DNA of 64,000 nt from an uncultured Thermoleophilia bacterium (GCA_963715985.1 CAVQSP010000008.1:64001-128000); one strand, 5' to 3'; positions 32,744 to 43,278 are shown, numbered from the stretch's first letter. Notes: generated by a model not told the origin, from the sequence alone. Made by a program: numbers and translations.

Positions 32744-33819
32744 GCCTTCGTCCTGTAGGCCTGGATCAGCAGGGGGATGACCTTGTGCAGGTCGCCGACG
32801 ATGCCGTAGTGCGCCACCGAGAAGATGGGCGCCCCGGGATCGCTGTTGATGGCGAGGATGCGGGCGCTCTGGTCCATGCCGGCGCGGTGCTGCACGGACC
32901 CGCTGATGCCGCAGGCGATGTAGAGCTTGGGGCGCACCGTGGTGCCGGTCTGGCCGACCTGGTGGTCGTGGTCGACCCAGCCCGCGTCCACGGCGGCGCG
33001 GCTGGCGCCCACGACGCCGCCGAGCGTGCGCGCCAGCTCCTCGACGAGGGCGAAGCCCTCGCGCGAACCCACCCCGACGCCGCCGGAGACGACGATGCGC
33101 GCGCCCTTGAGGTCGACCTTCTTCTCCTCGCGCACGCTGCGCACCAGCTCCACGGCGAAGTCGGCGTCCGTGAGCACGACCTGGTCGGCCGGCGCCACCG
33201 GGGCCGACGAGCGCTGCACGGGGACGCGAACGACGCTGCCGGAGCGAGAGGCGTCGGCCTCAGGCATCACCATGACGCCCTCGCGCACGGTGGCCATCTG
33301 CGGCCTGTGCTCGGGGCTCACGATGGTGGCGATGATGTTGCCGCCGAAGGCGGGGCGGATCTGGAAGAGCAGGTCGGCGTAAGTCTCGCCCTTGGCGGTG
33401 AAGTCGCCGATGCGCAGGTCGGTGCAGTCGGCCGTGAGGCCGGTGCGCAGGGCGCTGGCCACGCGCGGTGCGAGGTCGCGGCCGGTGGTCGTGGCGCCGT
33501 AGAGGACGATCTGCGGCTCGTACGTGCGCACGAGTGTGCTCACGAGCCGCGTGTACGGCAGCGCGAGGTAGTGACCGAGGTCCGCGTGGTCGGCAAGGTA
33601 CACGGTATCGGCGCCGCGGGCGATGACCTCGGCGGCGAGCGCGGACACCTGCTCGCCGGACCCGGCCAGCACGGCGCCGACCCCGACGCCGAGCCCGGTC
33701 GCCAGCTCGCGGGCGCGGCCGAGCAGCTCGAGGCTGACCTCGGCCGCCACACCGTCGTGCTGTTCGATGACGACCCAGACGTCGCCGGAAACCTTGTCGC
33801 GGCTACTGTCGGGTGCCAC
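32740..33819 (-). CDS. etfA: Electron transfer flavoprotein alpha subunit
   Basis: GRDLAPRVA, GLTADCT, RPAFGGN, QVGQTG, GISGSVQH. Confidence 0.92.
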   Translation of the reverse strand: MAPDSSRDKVSGDVWVVIEQHDGVAAEVSLELLGRARELATGLGVGVGAVLAGSGEQVSALAAEVIARGADTVYLADHADLGHYLALPYTRLVSTLVRTYEPQIVLYGATTTGRDLAPRVASALRTGLTADCTDLRIGDFTAKGETYADLLFQIRPAFGGNIIATIVSPEHRPQMATVREGVMVMPEADASRSGSVVRVPVQRSSAPVAPADQVVLTDADFAVELVRSVREEKKVDLKGARIVVSGGVGVGSREGFALVEELARTLGGVVGASRAAVDAGWVDHDHQVGQTGTTVRPKLYIACGISGSVQHRAGMDQSARILAINSDPGAPIFSVAHYGIVGDLHKVIPLLIQAYRTKA

Positions 33820-33852
33820 TTCGTCGCCCCCGACGATAGTCCGCCTCGGCGA

Positions 33853-34801
33853 CTATCCAAGGATGTGCTCCTCGATGAGCTCGTGCACGAGCTGCGTGAT
33901 GCCGGCCTCGTCGGGCTCGACCATGCGCGCCTCGCTCTGGGCGAGCACGACGCTCTCGATCTCCTTGACGCGCGTCGGCGAGCCGCGCAGACCGAGGGCC
34001 TCGCGGTCGGCCTGCAGTGCCGCGTGGTCCCACTGCACGACCCTGGCGCGGCACACGGGCTTGCCGTCGCGGCCGATCATGCACACCTCGGCGTCGTCGT
34101 TCTCGGGGTCGAGGTAGCTGTCGTCGTAGCTCGGGCATGGCCTCCGCCGCGATGCCCTTGTAGGTCATGACGAGCTTGACGCTCGGCGGGCGCGGATCGT
34201 TGGCCTCGCCGGTGACCGTGATGAGGCACGGCAGCGGCGAGGTGAGCGTCTCGAAGCCGCCCTCGACGGAACGGGTCGCCGTCACGCTGCCGGGGAGGGC
34301 CTCCTGGTCCGCGCCGGCAGCCTCAGCGGGCGGCGTGAGTGCGTCCACGCGGCTCACACAGGTGATCTGCGGGACGCCGAGCTTCTCCGCCGTCTGCGGC
34401 CCCACCTGTGCGGTGTCGCCGTCGATGGCCTGGCGCCCGCAGAGCACGAGGTCGGCGCCTCCCAGCTTGCGCACGGCCAGCGAGAGCGCGTAGCTGGTGG
34501 CCAGCGTGTCCGCGCCGGCGAAGGCCTTGTCCGTGAGGAGGACCACTTCGTCGGCGCCGCGGTACAGCGAGTCGCGCAGCACCTGCACCGCGGCCGGCGG
34601 CCCCATCGTGATCACGGTCACGCGGGCGTCGTGGCGGTCCTTGAGCTTCAGCGCTTCTTCAAGCGCGTTGAGGTCTTCCGGGTTGAACACCGTCGGCAAC
34701 GCCGAGCGGTTGACGGTGCCGTCCTCCTTCATCGCGTCGCCGGTCACGTTCTGTGTGTCCGGGACCTGTTTGACGAGGACGACGATGCGCAGCTGGGCCA
34801 T
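33853..34801 (-). CDS. etfB: Electron transfer flavoprotein beta subunit, one-base frameshift near 34130
   Basis: KQVPDT, NPEDLNALE, GADTLATS, GRQAIDGDTAQVGP. C-terminal GLRGSPTRV is in the next frame. Confidence 0.9.
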
Positions 34802-34924
34802 GTGAGTGAGGCTTCCCGTCGTGGTCGATACCAGATGCGGTACCGTACCAGATAGGCTGCGCCCGCCGCAAAGCGCCGGGGCGGCGAGTCGACCTGCGGC
34901 GACGCCGCGTGCGACAATCCCCGT

Positions 34925-36412
34925 ATGATGCGCCCCTTGGGATCGGCCCGCGCCTGCACGCGCGCCGTGCGCGCGGCCGCGGCGAGGCTCGCGGCCCCGG
35001 CGGCCGTGCTGGCGCTCGCGCGCGGCCGCTCGCCACAGCCGTGCCCCGCCGCCGCGGCCGCGCCCGGAGCCACCGCCGCGGCCGTCGTGGACGCCGGCGG
35101 GCGGGCCATCCCGCAGCGCCCCGTCCTGCCCGTATTGAACGACCTGCACGGCCCCCTCGCCCGCAACGCCACGCGGCGTCTGCCCATGTGGTCGGCGCCC
35201 TTCGCGGCGCTGCCCGGCGCGGCGGAGACGGCCGCCTTCGCGGCCGGGTCCATGGCGGTCGCCGTGATCTTCGTGGAGAGCGACGGCTCCATCGACCGCG
35301 ACCGCGAGAAGTGGTCGCGGCGGGACCCGGACTACCCCGGCGACCGGCGCGCCAACGTGCTCGACAAGGTGAGTTCGGCGCTGGCGTGGTGGAACGAGCG
35401 CTCCCCGGACGCGTCGCTGGAGGTCTTCCTGCCCGCCGCCGGCGAGTATGGTGCGCCGCGCACCGTGACCACCGGGTACGAGCCCATCACGCGGCCGGTG
35501 AGCGACTTCGACATCGACTATCGCCTCAGCGACGCGGGCTGGCGCTGGCAGATCATGAAGAAGCTCGGGTACTCGCACGACGCGGTGGACGACAGCCCGC
35601 TGCCGGAGCGCGCCTACGCGGACAAGGTGCGCCGCAGCGCCGGCACCGACTGGGCCTTCGTCCTGTACGTGGTGGACAGTCTCAAGGACAGGGACGGCAT
35701 GTTCCCGGGCGGGGCCGTAGCGTACACGGACGACCTGTACGGGCCGTACACGGTGCTCACCTATGACAACGACGGGTACGGCTTCGAGAACTTCGAGGCC
35801 GTGCTGGCCCACGAGATGGGCCACGTCTTCGGGGCGCTGGACGAGTACGCGCCGCCCTACTCCGGCTACCCGAGCACGGGCGCACTGGTCTCCGGCTACC
35901 TCGGGGTGCGCAACCGGAACGCCGTCAAGGGCGGTACCACCGACCTGCCCTGCATCATGCGCGGCTCCCAGGAGACGCTGGACGCGTTCGCGTACGGCGA
36001 CCTGTGCACGTCATCGGTCGGGCAGACCGGCCTGCGCGACACCGATGCCGACCTGCGTCCCGACGTGGTGGCTACGAGGCCGTTGTTCGAGGCGGGCGCG
36101 GCCGTCCCCCTGCCCGGCGGTCGCGTCACGCTCAGCGGCACGGTGCGCGAGCAGCCTTGGCCGCACGGCTACAGCACAGTCGGCCCGAGGTTCACCCGGG
36201 ACATCAGCATCTTCGTGCCGCACGATCTGCAGTATCGCGTGGACGGGGGAGACTGGTTGCCGCTGACCCCGCTGGATGGGGCGTTCGACCGGCCGTCGGA
36301 GAAGTGGACGCTGACCACGCCGGCCTTGGCCGCCGGGGTGCACACGCTGGAGGTGGAGGGCACCACCGGCGAGACCACCGGCTTCACCCTGACCGTCGTC
36401 GCCGGACCCTGA
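34925..36412 (+). CDS. Secreted zinc metallopeptidase-like protein with C-terminal beta-sandwich
   Basis: AHEMGHVFGALDEY (HExxH) with Met-turn CIM. C-terminal YRVDGGDW...GVHTLEV. Start uncertain. Confidence 0.65.
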   Translation: MMRPLGSARACTRAVRAAAARLAAPAAVLALARGRSPQPCPAAAAAPGATAAAVVDAGGRAIPQRPVLPVLNDLHGPLARNATRRLPMWSAPFAALPGAAETAAFAAGSMAVAVIFVESDGSIDRDREKWSRRDPDYPGDRRANVLDKVSSALAWWNERSPDASLEVFLPAAGEYGAPRTVTTGYEPITRPVSDFDIDYRLSDAGWRWQIMKKLGYSHDAVDDSPLPERAYADKVRRSAGTDWAFVLYVVDSLKDRDGMFPGGAVAYTDDLYGPYTVLTYDNDGYGFENFEAVLAHEMGHVFGALDEYAPPYSGYPSTGALVSGYLGVRNRNAVKGGTTDLPCIMRGSQETLDAFAYGDLCTSSVGQTGLRDTDADLRPDVVATRPLFEAGAAVPLPGGRVTLSGTVREQPWPHGYSTVGPRFTRDISIFVPHDLQYRVDGGDWLPLTPLDGAFDRPSEKWTLTTPALAAGVHTLEVEGTTGETTGFTLTVVAGP

Positions 36413-36417
36413 CCGCC

Positions 36418-36786
36418 TCAGCCGGCGGGCGGGACGATAGGCTCCACGCGGTCGGCCGGTACCCATCCGGTGATACCGCGGTCGGTGCGGCAGAGCAGCC
36501 ACCCGCCGGCCTCCTCGATCACGTCGAGCTCCTCGCCCTCCCCCACAGTGAGCTCAGCGGCGTCGTACTCGCGCAGCGCCGTGGCTTCGCGTTCGCCGGT
36601 CATCTCGATGTAGGAGTCAGGGACCCAGCCCCCGTGGCCTGACTGGTCGGTGCACCAGACGTACGAGGTCCACTGGCGGTCGCGGTGGCCGATGCTGAGC
36701 GCATCGCCGGCGACGAAGCGTACGGGGTCGCTGACGTTGGTGACGTGGGCCCTGATGACACGTACGCGCTGCGGCGGCCGCTCCAT
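36418..36786 (-). CDS. Tandem SH3-domain protein
   Basis: GWVPDSY, ALREYDAAELTVGEGEEL, GWLLC, GWVP. Confidence 0.8.
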   Translation of the reverse strand: MERPPQRVRVIRAHVTNVSDPVRFVAGDALSIGHRDRQWTSYVWCTDQSGHGGWVPDSYIEMTGEREATALREYDAAELTVGEGEELDVIEEAGGWLLCRTDRGITGWVPADRVEPIVPPAG

Positions 36787-36821
36787 GGGGATCTCCGTTC
36801 TCGCGAGGGAAACGCCCCGGG

Positions 36822-37181
36822 TCAGGCCGGGACGCCCTCGAGGCAGTGCTCGGGCACCCAGCCCTGGGCGCCCGCCGCGTTGCGGCACCGCACCCACACG
36901 CCCACCTGTTCGAGCGCCTCGACCAGCTCACCCTTGACTACCGTGAGCTGCGCGGCGTCGTAGTCGCGCAGCGCTGTGGCCTCCCGGGGACCGTCCATGT
37001 GCAGGAAGACCTCGGGCACCCAGCCGTGGTGGCCGTCTTCCACGGCGCACCACACGAACTCCGGGAACTGCTGGTTGCGATGCCCCACGACGATGGCGTC
37101 GCCCTCGCGGATGCTGATGTTCTCGACGTGATCGCGCGCCCTTGATTCCGTGACGCGCCTGCTCTGTGGCCATGTGTCCAT
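36822..37181 (-). CDS. Tandem SH3-domain protein (paralog)
   Basis: GWVPEVF, ALRDYDAAQLTVVKGELV, WVRC, GWVP. Confidence 0.8.
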   Translation of the reverse strand: MDTWPQSRRVTESRARDHVENISIREGDAIVVGHRNQQFPEFVWCAVEDGHHGWVPEVFLHMDGPREATALRDYDAAQLTVVKGELVEALEQVGVWVRCRNAAGAQGWVPEHCLEGVPA

Positions 37182-37290
37182 CCGCACATTGTAGACCCGA
37201 CCGGGACGTCCCGCATCACCCGTGAGCCGCCGTCCCGCCGGTGGGACGGGGACGCGGCGGCGGGCGGCGATGGGGTATCATGTGCCGCCT

Positions 37291-38859
37291 ATGAGCGAAC
37301 AGTCGGAGAAGGCGGCCCAAGGGCCCGTCGTCGTGCGCTTCGCCCCGTCACCGACGGGCTACCTGCACCTCGGCAGCGCCCGCACGGGCCTCTACAACTA
37401 CCTCTTCGCACGCCGGCGCGGCGGCCGTTTCATCCTCCGCATCGAGGATACCGACCTCTCGCGCAGCACCGACGAGGCCATCCTCCAGATCATCAGCTCC
37501 ATGCGCGAGATGGGGCTCGACTGGGACGAGGGGCCGGAGGTGCCGGGACCGCACGGGCCCTACAGACAGACTGAGCGGCAGGACATCTACCACGAGCACA
37601 TCGAGCGACTGCTCGCCGACGGGCATGTGTACCCGTGCTTCTGCTCGTCCGAGGAGCTCGAGGCGGAGCGGGAGGCGGCACAGGCGGAGAAGCGCGCCTG
37701 GGTGTACTCCGGCAAGTGCCGGGCGCTCCCGCGGGACGAGGTGGAGCGCCGCCAGGCCGCCGGGGAGCCGTTCACGCTGCGCGTGCACGTGCCGCCGGGG
37801 GTCACGGTGTTCCACGACCTGCTGCGCGGCCCTGTGGAGTTCGCCAACGACACGCTCGGCGACTTCATCGTGCAGCGCAGCGACGGCACCATCACGTACA
37901 ACCTCGCCGTGGTGGTGGACGACGTCACCATGGAGGTGACGCACGTCATCCGCGGTGACGACCACATCAGCAACACGCCCAAGCAGGTGGTGGTGTACGA
38001 GGCGCTCGGCGCCCCCGTGCCCGAGTTCCTGCACATGCCGCTGCTGTTCGGCACCGACAAGAAGAAGCTCAGCAAGCGCCACGGCGCCACCAAGCTGGAG
38101 CAGCTCACCGCCGAGGGCTACCTGGTCGAGGTGGTGCGCAACTACCTGTGCTTCCTCAGCACGGAGTTCGACGAGTCCATGATCACCTGGTCGCTGGACG
38201 ACCTCGTGACCCGCTTCGACGTTCTCGGTCTGGGTACCAGCGCCAGCATCTTCGACCCCGAGAAGCTGCGCTGGATGAACGGCCGCTACATCCGCCAGAT
38301 GGACGACGTGGCGCTGGGCGAACGCCTGGTGGAGTACCTCACGCGCGTGGGCTTCTACGGCGAGCCGGCGGCCGTGGAGGAGCTCGCGAGGCTCGGCCCG
38401 GAGGCGCTGGCCGCCGAGGTGGAGGGCGCCGAGACCGCGCACGCGCTGCTCGTCGCCCCCGACGAGGAGCAGGAGGCGCTCACGCGGCGCCTCGCTCCGC
38501 TCGTGCGCGAGAAGATGGACCTGCTCGCCGACTTCGTGCCGCTCGCCGGCTGGTTCTTCCGTCCGCTCACCTTCGCCGCGGAGGCGCGCGAGCGGCTCGC
38601 GGCCACGGCCGGGGCCGCAGACACGCTGCGTGCGGCGGCCGTCGGCCTCGAACGGCTGGGCGAGTGGACGCCGGAGGCCGTGGAGGCCTTCGTCCGCGAG
38701 CTGCCGGCGCACCTGGAGCTCAAGCCCAAGGCCGTGTTCGCCGCCCTGCGTCTGGGCATGAGCGGCCAGAGCGTGACGCCCGGGCTCTTCGAGTCCCTGT
38801 GGGTGCTCGGTCGCGATGAGGCGGCCGGGCGGCTCGCCACCGCCGCCTCTCTCCTCTAG
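37291..38859 (+). CDS. gltX: Glutamate--tRNA ligase
   Basis: RFAPSPTGYLHLG (HIGH-like), LRIEDTD, HVIRGDDH, KLSKR, C-terminal anticodon-binding domain. Confidence 0.95.
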   Translation: MSEQSEKAAQGPVVVRFAPSPTGYLHLGSARTGLYNYLFARRRGGRFILRIEDTDLSRSTDEAILQIISSMREMGLDWDEGPEVPGPHGPYRQTERQDIYHEHIERLLADGHVYPCFCSSEELEAEREAAQAEKRAWVYSGKCRALPRDEVERRQAAGEPFTLRVHVPPGVTVFHDLLRGPVEFANDTLGDFIVQRSDGTITYNLAVVVDDVTMEVTHVIRGDDHISNTPKQVVVYEALGAPVPEFLHMPLLFGTDKKKLSKRHGATKLEQLTAEGYLVEVVRNYLCFLSTEFDESMITWSLDDLVTRFDVLGLGTSASIFDPEKLRWMNGRYIRQMDDVALGERLVEYLTRVGFYGEPAAVEELARLGPEALAAEVEGAETAHALLVAPDEEQEALTRRLAPLVREKMDLLADFVPLAGWFFRPLTFAAEARERLAATAGAADTLRAAAVGLERLGEWTPEAVEAFVRELPAHLELKPKAVFAALRLGMSGQSVTPGLFESLWVLGRDEAAGRLATAASLL

Positions 38860-39299
38860 CCGCTCTCCCGCGGCCGCGACCGCCGTTCCGGCCACCCCGG
38901 CGGCCGCTTCGCCTGCCCGCGTACCGCCCCTTCAGCCCGAGCGCGGTCTCCGGTACGCTTCGGCCACTGCCGCCTCGCGCGCCGGGCCGATCTTCGTGGC
39001 CCTGCTCCTGTTCGTCGTCACGAGTCGAGCGGCGCGACGTGGTCTTCTTCGGCCCGGGCTCCAGGGGCGGCGCTTCCGGTGACGTTCCGCTGCGCGCTGC
39101 CGCACGCGCGACCGTGGACGGCTGGGCGGTGGGCGGCGCCGGCACCATCCTCTTCACGCAGACTGGGACTCGCTCCCCACGCCGATGGGCGAGTGCAAGG
39201 CCAAGACGTTTCGGGTGAAGCGGTAGCGCACCCCCGCGCGGGGAACAACTCCCTTGAGAGAACGCCTGTTCTCCCCTGCGAGAGAAAGGGGTGAGCATC

Positions 39300-40158
39300 A
39301 TGAGCGAGGACAAGGGAATCGTACTTGTGATCGGCGCCGCCGAGCGTGAGGGTGAGGCGGCCGTGATGCATCTTCGCAAGCGCGGCGTTGCCGGTACGGG
39401 CGCTGCTGCGCACCGCCGACGCGGACGCCGCCGGCCGGCTGCAGAGCATGGGCGTGTGGCCCACCTACGGCGACCTCGAGGACCGGTCGTCCATCGAGCA
39501 CGCGCTCGAGGGCATCGACGCCCTCGTCATGGTGCTGGAGGAAGCCGACACCGGTCCGGGCGAGCGGCTTCACGAGGGCCTGGCGCTCGCCGAAGCCGCC
39601 GGTCGCGCCGGCGTGAGGCTCGTCGCGTACGTGGCCGGCTCCGGTCCCGACCACCACAACGTGTCCTGCGACCGCAGCCGCGAGATCGAACGGCGGATGC
39701 ACGCTCTCCGGCTGCCGCTGACGGTGCTGCGGCCCGCCACGGTGATGGAGGAGATCCCCTGGTACTGGCTGAGCCGCTTCGGCGGCGACGTCGTGCTGGC
39801 CACGCCCTACGAGCCGGACCTCCCACTCCCGCTGGTAGCGGCCGACGACATCGGGGCGCTCGCGGCGCTCGCGGTCGCCGATCCCGGCCTCTTCGTCGGG
39901 CGCACCGTCGGCCTGGCCGGCGACGTGGCCACGCCGAGGCAGATCGCGGGTGTCGTATCACTCGCGCTGGACGAGGACGTGAGTCTCACTGAGGTCCAGG
40001 TGGAGGGCGTGTTCATGTACCCGGAGGCCGTGGGCCACGCGCCCGACCTTGCCTGGCTGCGCGGCGTGTACCCGCCGCTCCACACCCTGCGCTCGTGGCT
40101 CGAGCGCGGCGGCGGCTCAGAGCTCTGCCGGAGCGTCGCCCGTCGTGGCGCCGCCTGA
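39300..40158 (+). CDS. NmrA-family NAD(P)-binding protein, one-base frameshift near 39388
   Basis: VLVIGAAEREGEAAV, then VRALLR, GDLEDRSS, TVLRP, VAADDIG. Confidence 0.75.
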
Positions 40159-41421
40159 GGGCGGCGGCGCCGTCTCGAGCGGCAGGTAGTAGCGGATGAC
40201 GCACAGCGCCGCCAGCGCGGCGCCGATGATGTTGGTCATGTCGAGGACGCGGTACGGCCACATGCGCATCGAGAGCAGGGCCGCCGCCGCTCCCAGCGCG
40301 ATGACCACCCACTCCTTGCCCCGCGGCGGCGGCGCCACCAGGACGAGCGCCAGCGGCACGATCACCCACACGTACGCCATCTGCCAGGCCAGCGGCGAGA
40401 ACAGCAGCATCAGCAGCACCGCCAGCAGCAGCACCGCGTTGCGCTCGGTGCCGCGGTCCACGCGCCGCTCCGCCTCCGGCAGGCGGCGCGAGCCCCTCCC
40501 CGCCGCCCAGGCCAGGAACAGGAGGGCGGCGTACCCCAGGGCCGAGCCGATCTTGACGGCGGCCGGGTACCGCCACCAGAAGCGCAGGGGCGTCTGGTTG
40601 AAGGGCGAGGAGTCCGAACCGGCGATGGTCGGCAGGATCTTGCTCACGTACTCGCGATACAGGGCGAAGTCCACGACCGCCAGGGAGGCGCCGAAGATAA
40701 CGAGGCCGCAGACAAGGGTCTTGAGCAGGAAGCGCCAATCGCGGAAGTAGAGAGCCATCACCGCCAGCAGCAGCACCGGTGACACCTTGATGGCCACGGC
40801 CAGGGCCAGCAGCGCCGCGGAGGGCCACCCTTTCCAGCGTGGGTAGAGCAGAAAGCCGCCGATGGAGAGCGCCGCCACGATCATGTCGATCTGGCCTTCG
40901 TGCACGTGGTAGAAGAACGCGAAGGACACCATGGTGAGCAGCACGCACGACGTGAGCGTCTCCAGACGCCGTCCGGGACTCGCGGCGACCGCGGCGAGCA
41001 CGAGCAAGGCGAAGAAGCCCACGTCCAGAGCGAGCCAGGCAGTACGCGCTGAGTCGTAGTCGAAGCGCGCCAGCAGGCCCATCAGCGGCAGCACGGACGG
41101 GGGGTAGATGTACCCGGAGATCTGCGGGTAGTTGGGCCGCGGCTGGTGGATGACGCGCGGGTCGTCGGGGTGGTTGAGGTACGGGTCGAGGCCGAGGTTC
41201 CAGTTATGGCCGCCGGCGTAGTACTGGTAGAAGTCGTGCTGTGGCACGCCCACCGCCGACGAGAGGTCGTTGAACGTGTTGCGCAGGATCCCGACCCAGA
41301 AGTTGGCGGCGAGCGCCGCGGCGAGCAGCAGCAGGAGGAGGCACACCGTGCGGCGAGACGGCCAGGCGCCCTCGCCGGGCGCCCGCGGTGAGGGCAGGCT
41401 CGGGGGCGGCGGAGTACCCAC
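40117..41421 (-). CDS. GT87/DUF2029 polytopic membrane glycosyltransferase
   Basis: DFYQYY, YIYPP, GQID, AIKVSP, NQT, SPLAW and many TM helices. Start uncertain. Confidence 0.8.
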   Translation of the reverse strand: MGTPPPPSLPSPRAPGEGAWPSRRTVCLLLLLLAAALAANFWVGILRNTFNDLSSAVGVPQHDFYQYYAGGHNWNLGLDPYLNHPDDPRVIHQPRPNYPQISGYIYPPSVLPLMGLLARFDYDSARTAWLALDVGFFALLVLAAVAASPGRRLETLTSCVLLTMVSFAFFYHVHEGQIDMIVAALSIGGFLLYPRWKGWPSAALLALAVAIKVSPVLLLAVMALYFRDWRFLLKTLVCGLVIFGASLAVVDFALYREYVSKILPTIAGSDSSPFNQTPLRFWWRYPAAVKIGSALGYAALLFLAWAAGRGSRRLPEAERRVDRGTERNAVLLLAVLLMLLFSPLAWQMAYVWVIVPLALVLVAPPPRGKEWVVIALGAAAALLSMRMWPYRVLDMTNIIGAALAALCVIRYYLPLETAPPPSGGATTGDAPAEL

Positions 41422-41429
41422 AGCGGCGC

Positions 41430-41969
41430 TCAGTCCACCAGGACGAGGGCGAAGAAGCTGTACTCGTCGTCCTCGTCCTCCACGACCTCTATTCGCCAGC
41501 CGGCGTTGCGCACGGTGGCGAACACGTCTACGCCGCAGCCCTCCATGGAGGGGCGGGCCCGCTCCGGGGCCACACACGGGTTGTCGAGGTCGCAGGTGCC
41601 GCAGTAATCGCAGGGCCCGGCACCCATCATCCAGGCTTTGTAGAACCCGGCGAGGAAGAGCTCTCCCTCCAGCTTGAGGGCGGCGTCGTTGAGCTTGCGC
41701 GACATGGCGTCGGAGAGCGCGCGGCCGCGATGTGTGCCACTGCGTAGCAGGACGGCGCGACCGAACTCATCGAGAAGGCGCCGTGTGTGCGGCGGGTCCG
41801 GAGCGTTGGGCGGGCAGGTGCGGAAGCTGCCGTTGTCGTCGCACCCATACAGGCACTTCATGCGCACCCACTCGGCGGTGACGACGGCGCTCGTGGCGAC
41901 GGCTGTGGCGCCGTCCGCGCCGAGCTCGAGCGCCCGCGCGCACCAGCTCTCGGGCCGTTGCAGGTCCAT
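41430..41969 (-). CDS. DUF2284 predicted metal-binding protein
   Basis: WVRMKCLYGC, TCPP, GAGPCDYCGTC, ARPSMEGCGVDVFAT. Confidence 0.85.
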   Translation of the reverse strand: MDLQRPESWCARALELGADGATAVATSAVVTAEWVRMKCLYGCDDNGSFRTCPPNAPDPPHTRRLLDEFGRAVLLRSGTHRGRALSDAMSRKLNDAALKLEGELFLAGFYKAWMMGAGPCDYCGTCDLDNPCVAPERARPSMEGCGVDVFATVRNAGWRIEVVEDEDDEYSFFALVLVD

Positions 41970-41972
41970 CGG

Positions 41973-43235
41973 TCAGCCTCCCGGGCCGGGGTCGGCGTCA
42001 CCTTCGCCGCGGCCACGCCGGACCCCTGCGCCGCCCTGCAGCGCGGCGAGGGCGGCGGGCAGGTCGGCGAGGCGGGCGATCTCGGCGTCCGGCGGGTCGG
42101 CGCCCGCGGGCCGTGGCGCCCGCCCCGGGTTGAACCACACGGCGCGCAGGCCGGCCGCGCGCGCCCCGGCCACGTCGTTGGGCCACGAGTCGCCGACCAT
42201 GACGGCGCGCTCCGCCGCCAGCGGCACGCCGCCGCTCCCGCTGCGCAGGAGCGCGGCGCGGTAGAAGAAGGAATCGGGCTTGCGCACCCCGATGTCTCGT
42301 GAGCTCACCACGTCATCCACCAGGCCGTCGAGCCCGACGCGGAACAGCGCCGCACGCACGTCGCGCGCGCCGGAGTCGTCGGCGTTGGTCGCGACGACGA
42401 GGCGGTAGTCCGGGCGCAGCGCCTCCAGCGCCTCCAGCGCCCCCTCCACCGCCGTCACCTCGGGCCAGCCGGCCATGGGCCCGGACTGGCTGCCGTCGTC
42501 CACCATGAGCGTGCCGCCCCAGTCCAGGAAGACGACGTCCACGGGCGCCGCGGCCGCCGGCCTCCACGCCGCGGCGGGCGACTCGGTCTCGCCGGGGGTC
42601 TGCGTCATGGCCAGGCGCACGGCGATGGCCACCGCCGTGCCCATCAGCCACGCGCCGGCGACGTCCGACGGCCAGTGCACGGCAAGGACGTAGCGGGTGA
42701 TCCCCATGGCGGCGGCGTAGACGGTCGCGGCCACCAGCACGGGGGTCCGCCAGCGCGTCGGCCAGGCGATGAAGACAAGGGCGGCGGCGAACGCCGTGGC
42801 GCTCATCGTATGGCCGCTCGGGTACGAGAACTGGGCCACGCGGACGCCTTCGGGTGCGTCGAGCGGCGGATGACGGCGAAACAGGACCTTGAGGAGCGAG
42901 TTGAGTGCAGAGGATGCAGCCACGGTGACGAGCAGGTACGCAGCCTCGTGCCTGCGGCGGAACGCGAAGAGCAGGACTGCCAGCACCACCACGAGCGGCC
43001 CCGTGAGCCACCAGGAGCCGACCGCCGCGAACCCGCGCGCGACCGCGACGGCGGCGTCTGTGCGGTGCTCGCCGGCCCAGACGATGGCGCGTGCGTCCAG
43101 GTGGCCGGTGGCGTGAGCGCCGACCGCGATCGTGAGGATGACGAAGGCGACGAGGAGTGCGACGAGCGTCACCGCGAGCCGTGTGCGGGCGGTCGCGCTG
43201 AGACGCGGGCGGCCGGGCGTGCCGCCTCCGCTCAC
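41973..43235 (-). CDS. PAP2 phosphatase fused to a HAD hydrolase
   Basis: K..F.R.PP, SYPSGH and TRYVLAVHWPSD (PAP2), followed by FLDWGGTL, ATN, KPD and VGDSWPND (HAD). Confidence 0.8.
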   Translation of the reverse strand: MSGGGTPGRPRLSATARTRLAVTLVALLVAFVILTIAVGAHATGHLDARAIVWAGEHRTDAAVAVARGFAAVGSWWLTGPLVVVLAVLLFAFRRRHEAAYLLVTVAASSALNSLLKVLFRRHPPLDAPEGVRVAQFSYPSGHTMSATAFAAALVFIAWPTRWRTPVLVAATVYAAAMGITRYVLAVHWPSDVAGAWLMGTAVAIAVRLAMTQTPGETESPAAAWRPAAAAPVDVVFLDWGGTLMVDDGSQSGPMAGWPEVTAVEGALEALEALRPDYRLVVATNADDSGARDVRAALFRVGLDGLVDDVVSSRDIGVRKPDSFFYRAALLRSGSGGVPLAAERAVMVGDSWPNDVAGARAAGLRAVWFNPGRAPRPAGADPPDAEIARLADLPAALAALQGGAGVRRGRGEGDADPGPGG

Positions 43236-43278
43236 CGGCGGACCGGCCGGCGCCGTTGCCGGGCGCCCTCCTCGGAGC

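Noticed and set aside
38860-39295. tRNA genes expected after gltX
   Set aside because: No T-loop GTTCGA motif in a cloverleaf context or CCA end was found on either strand by eye.
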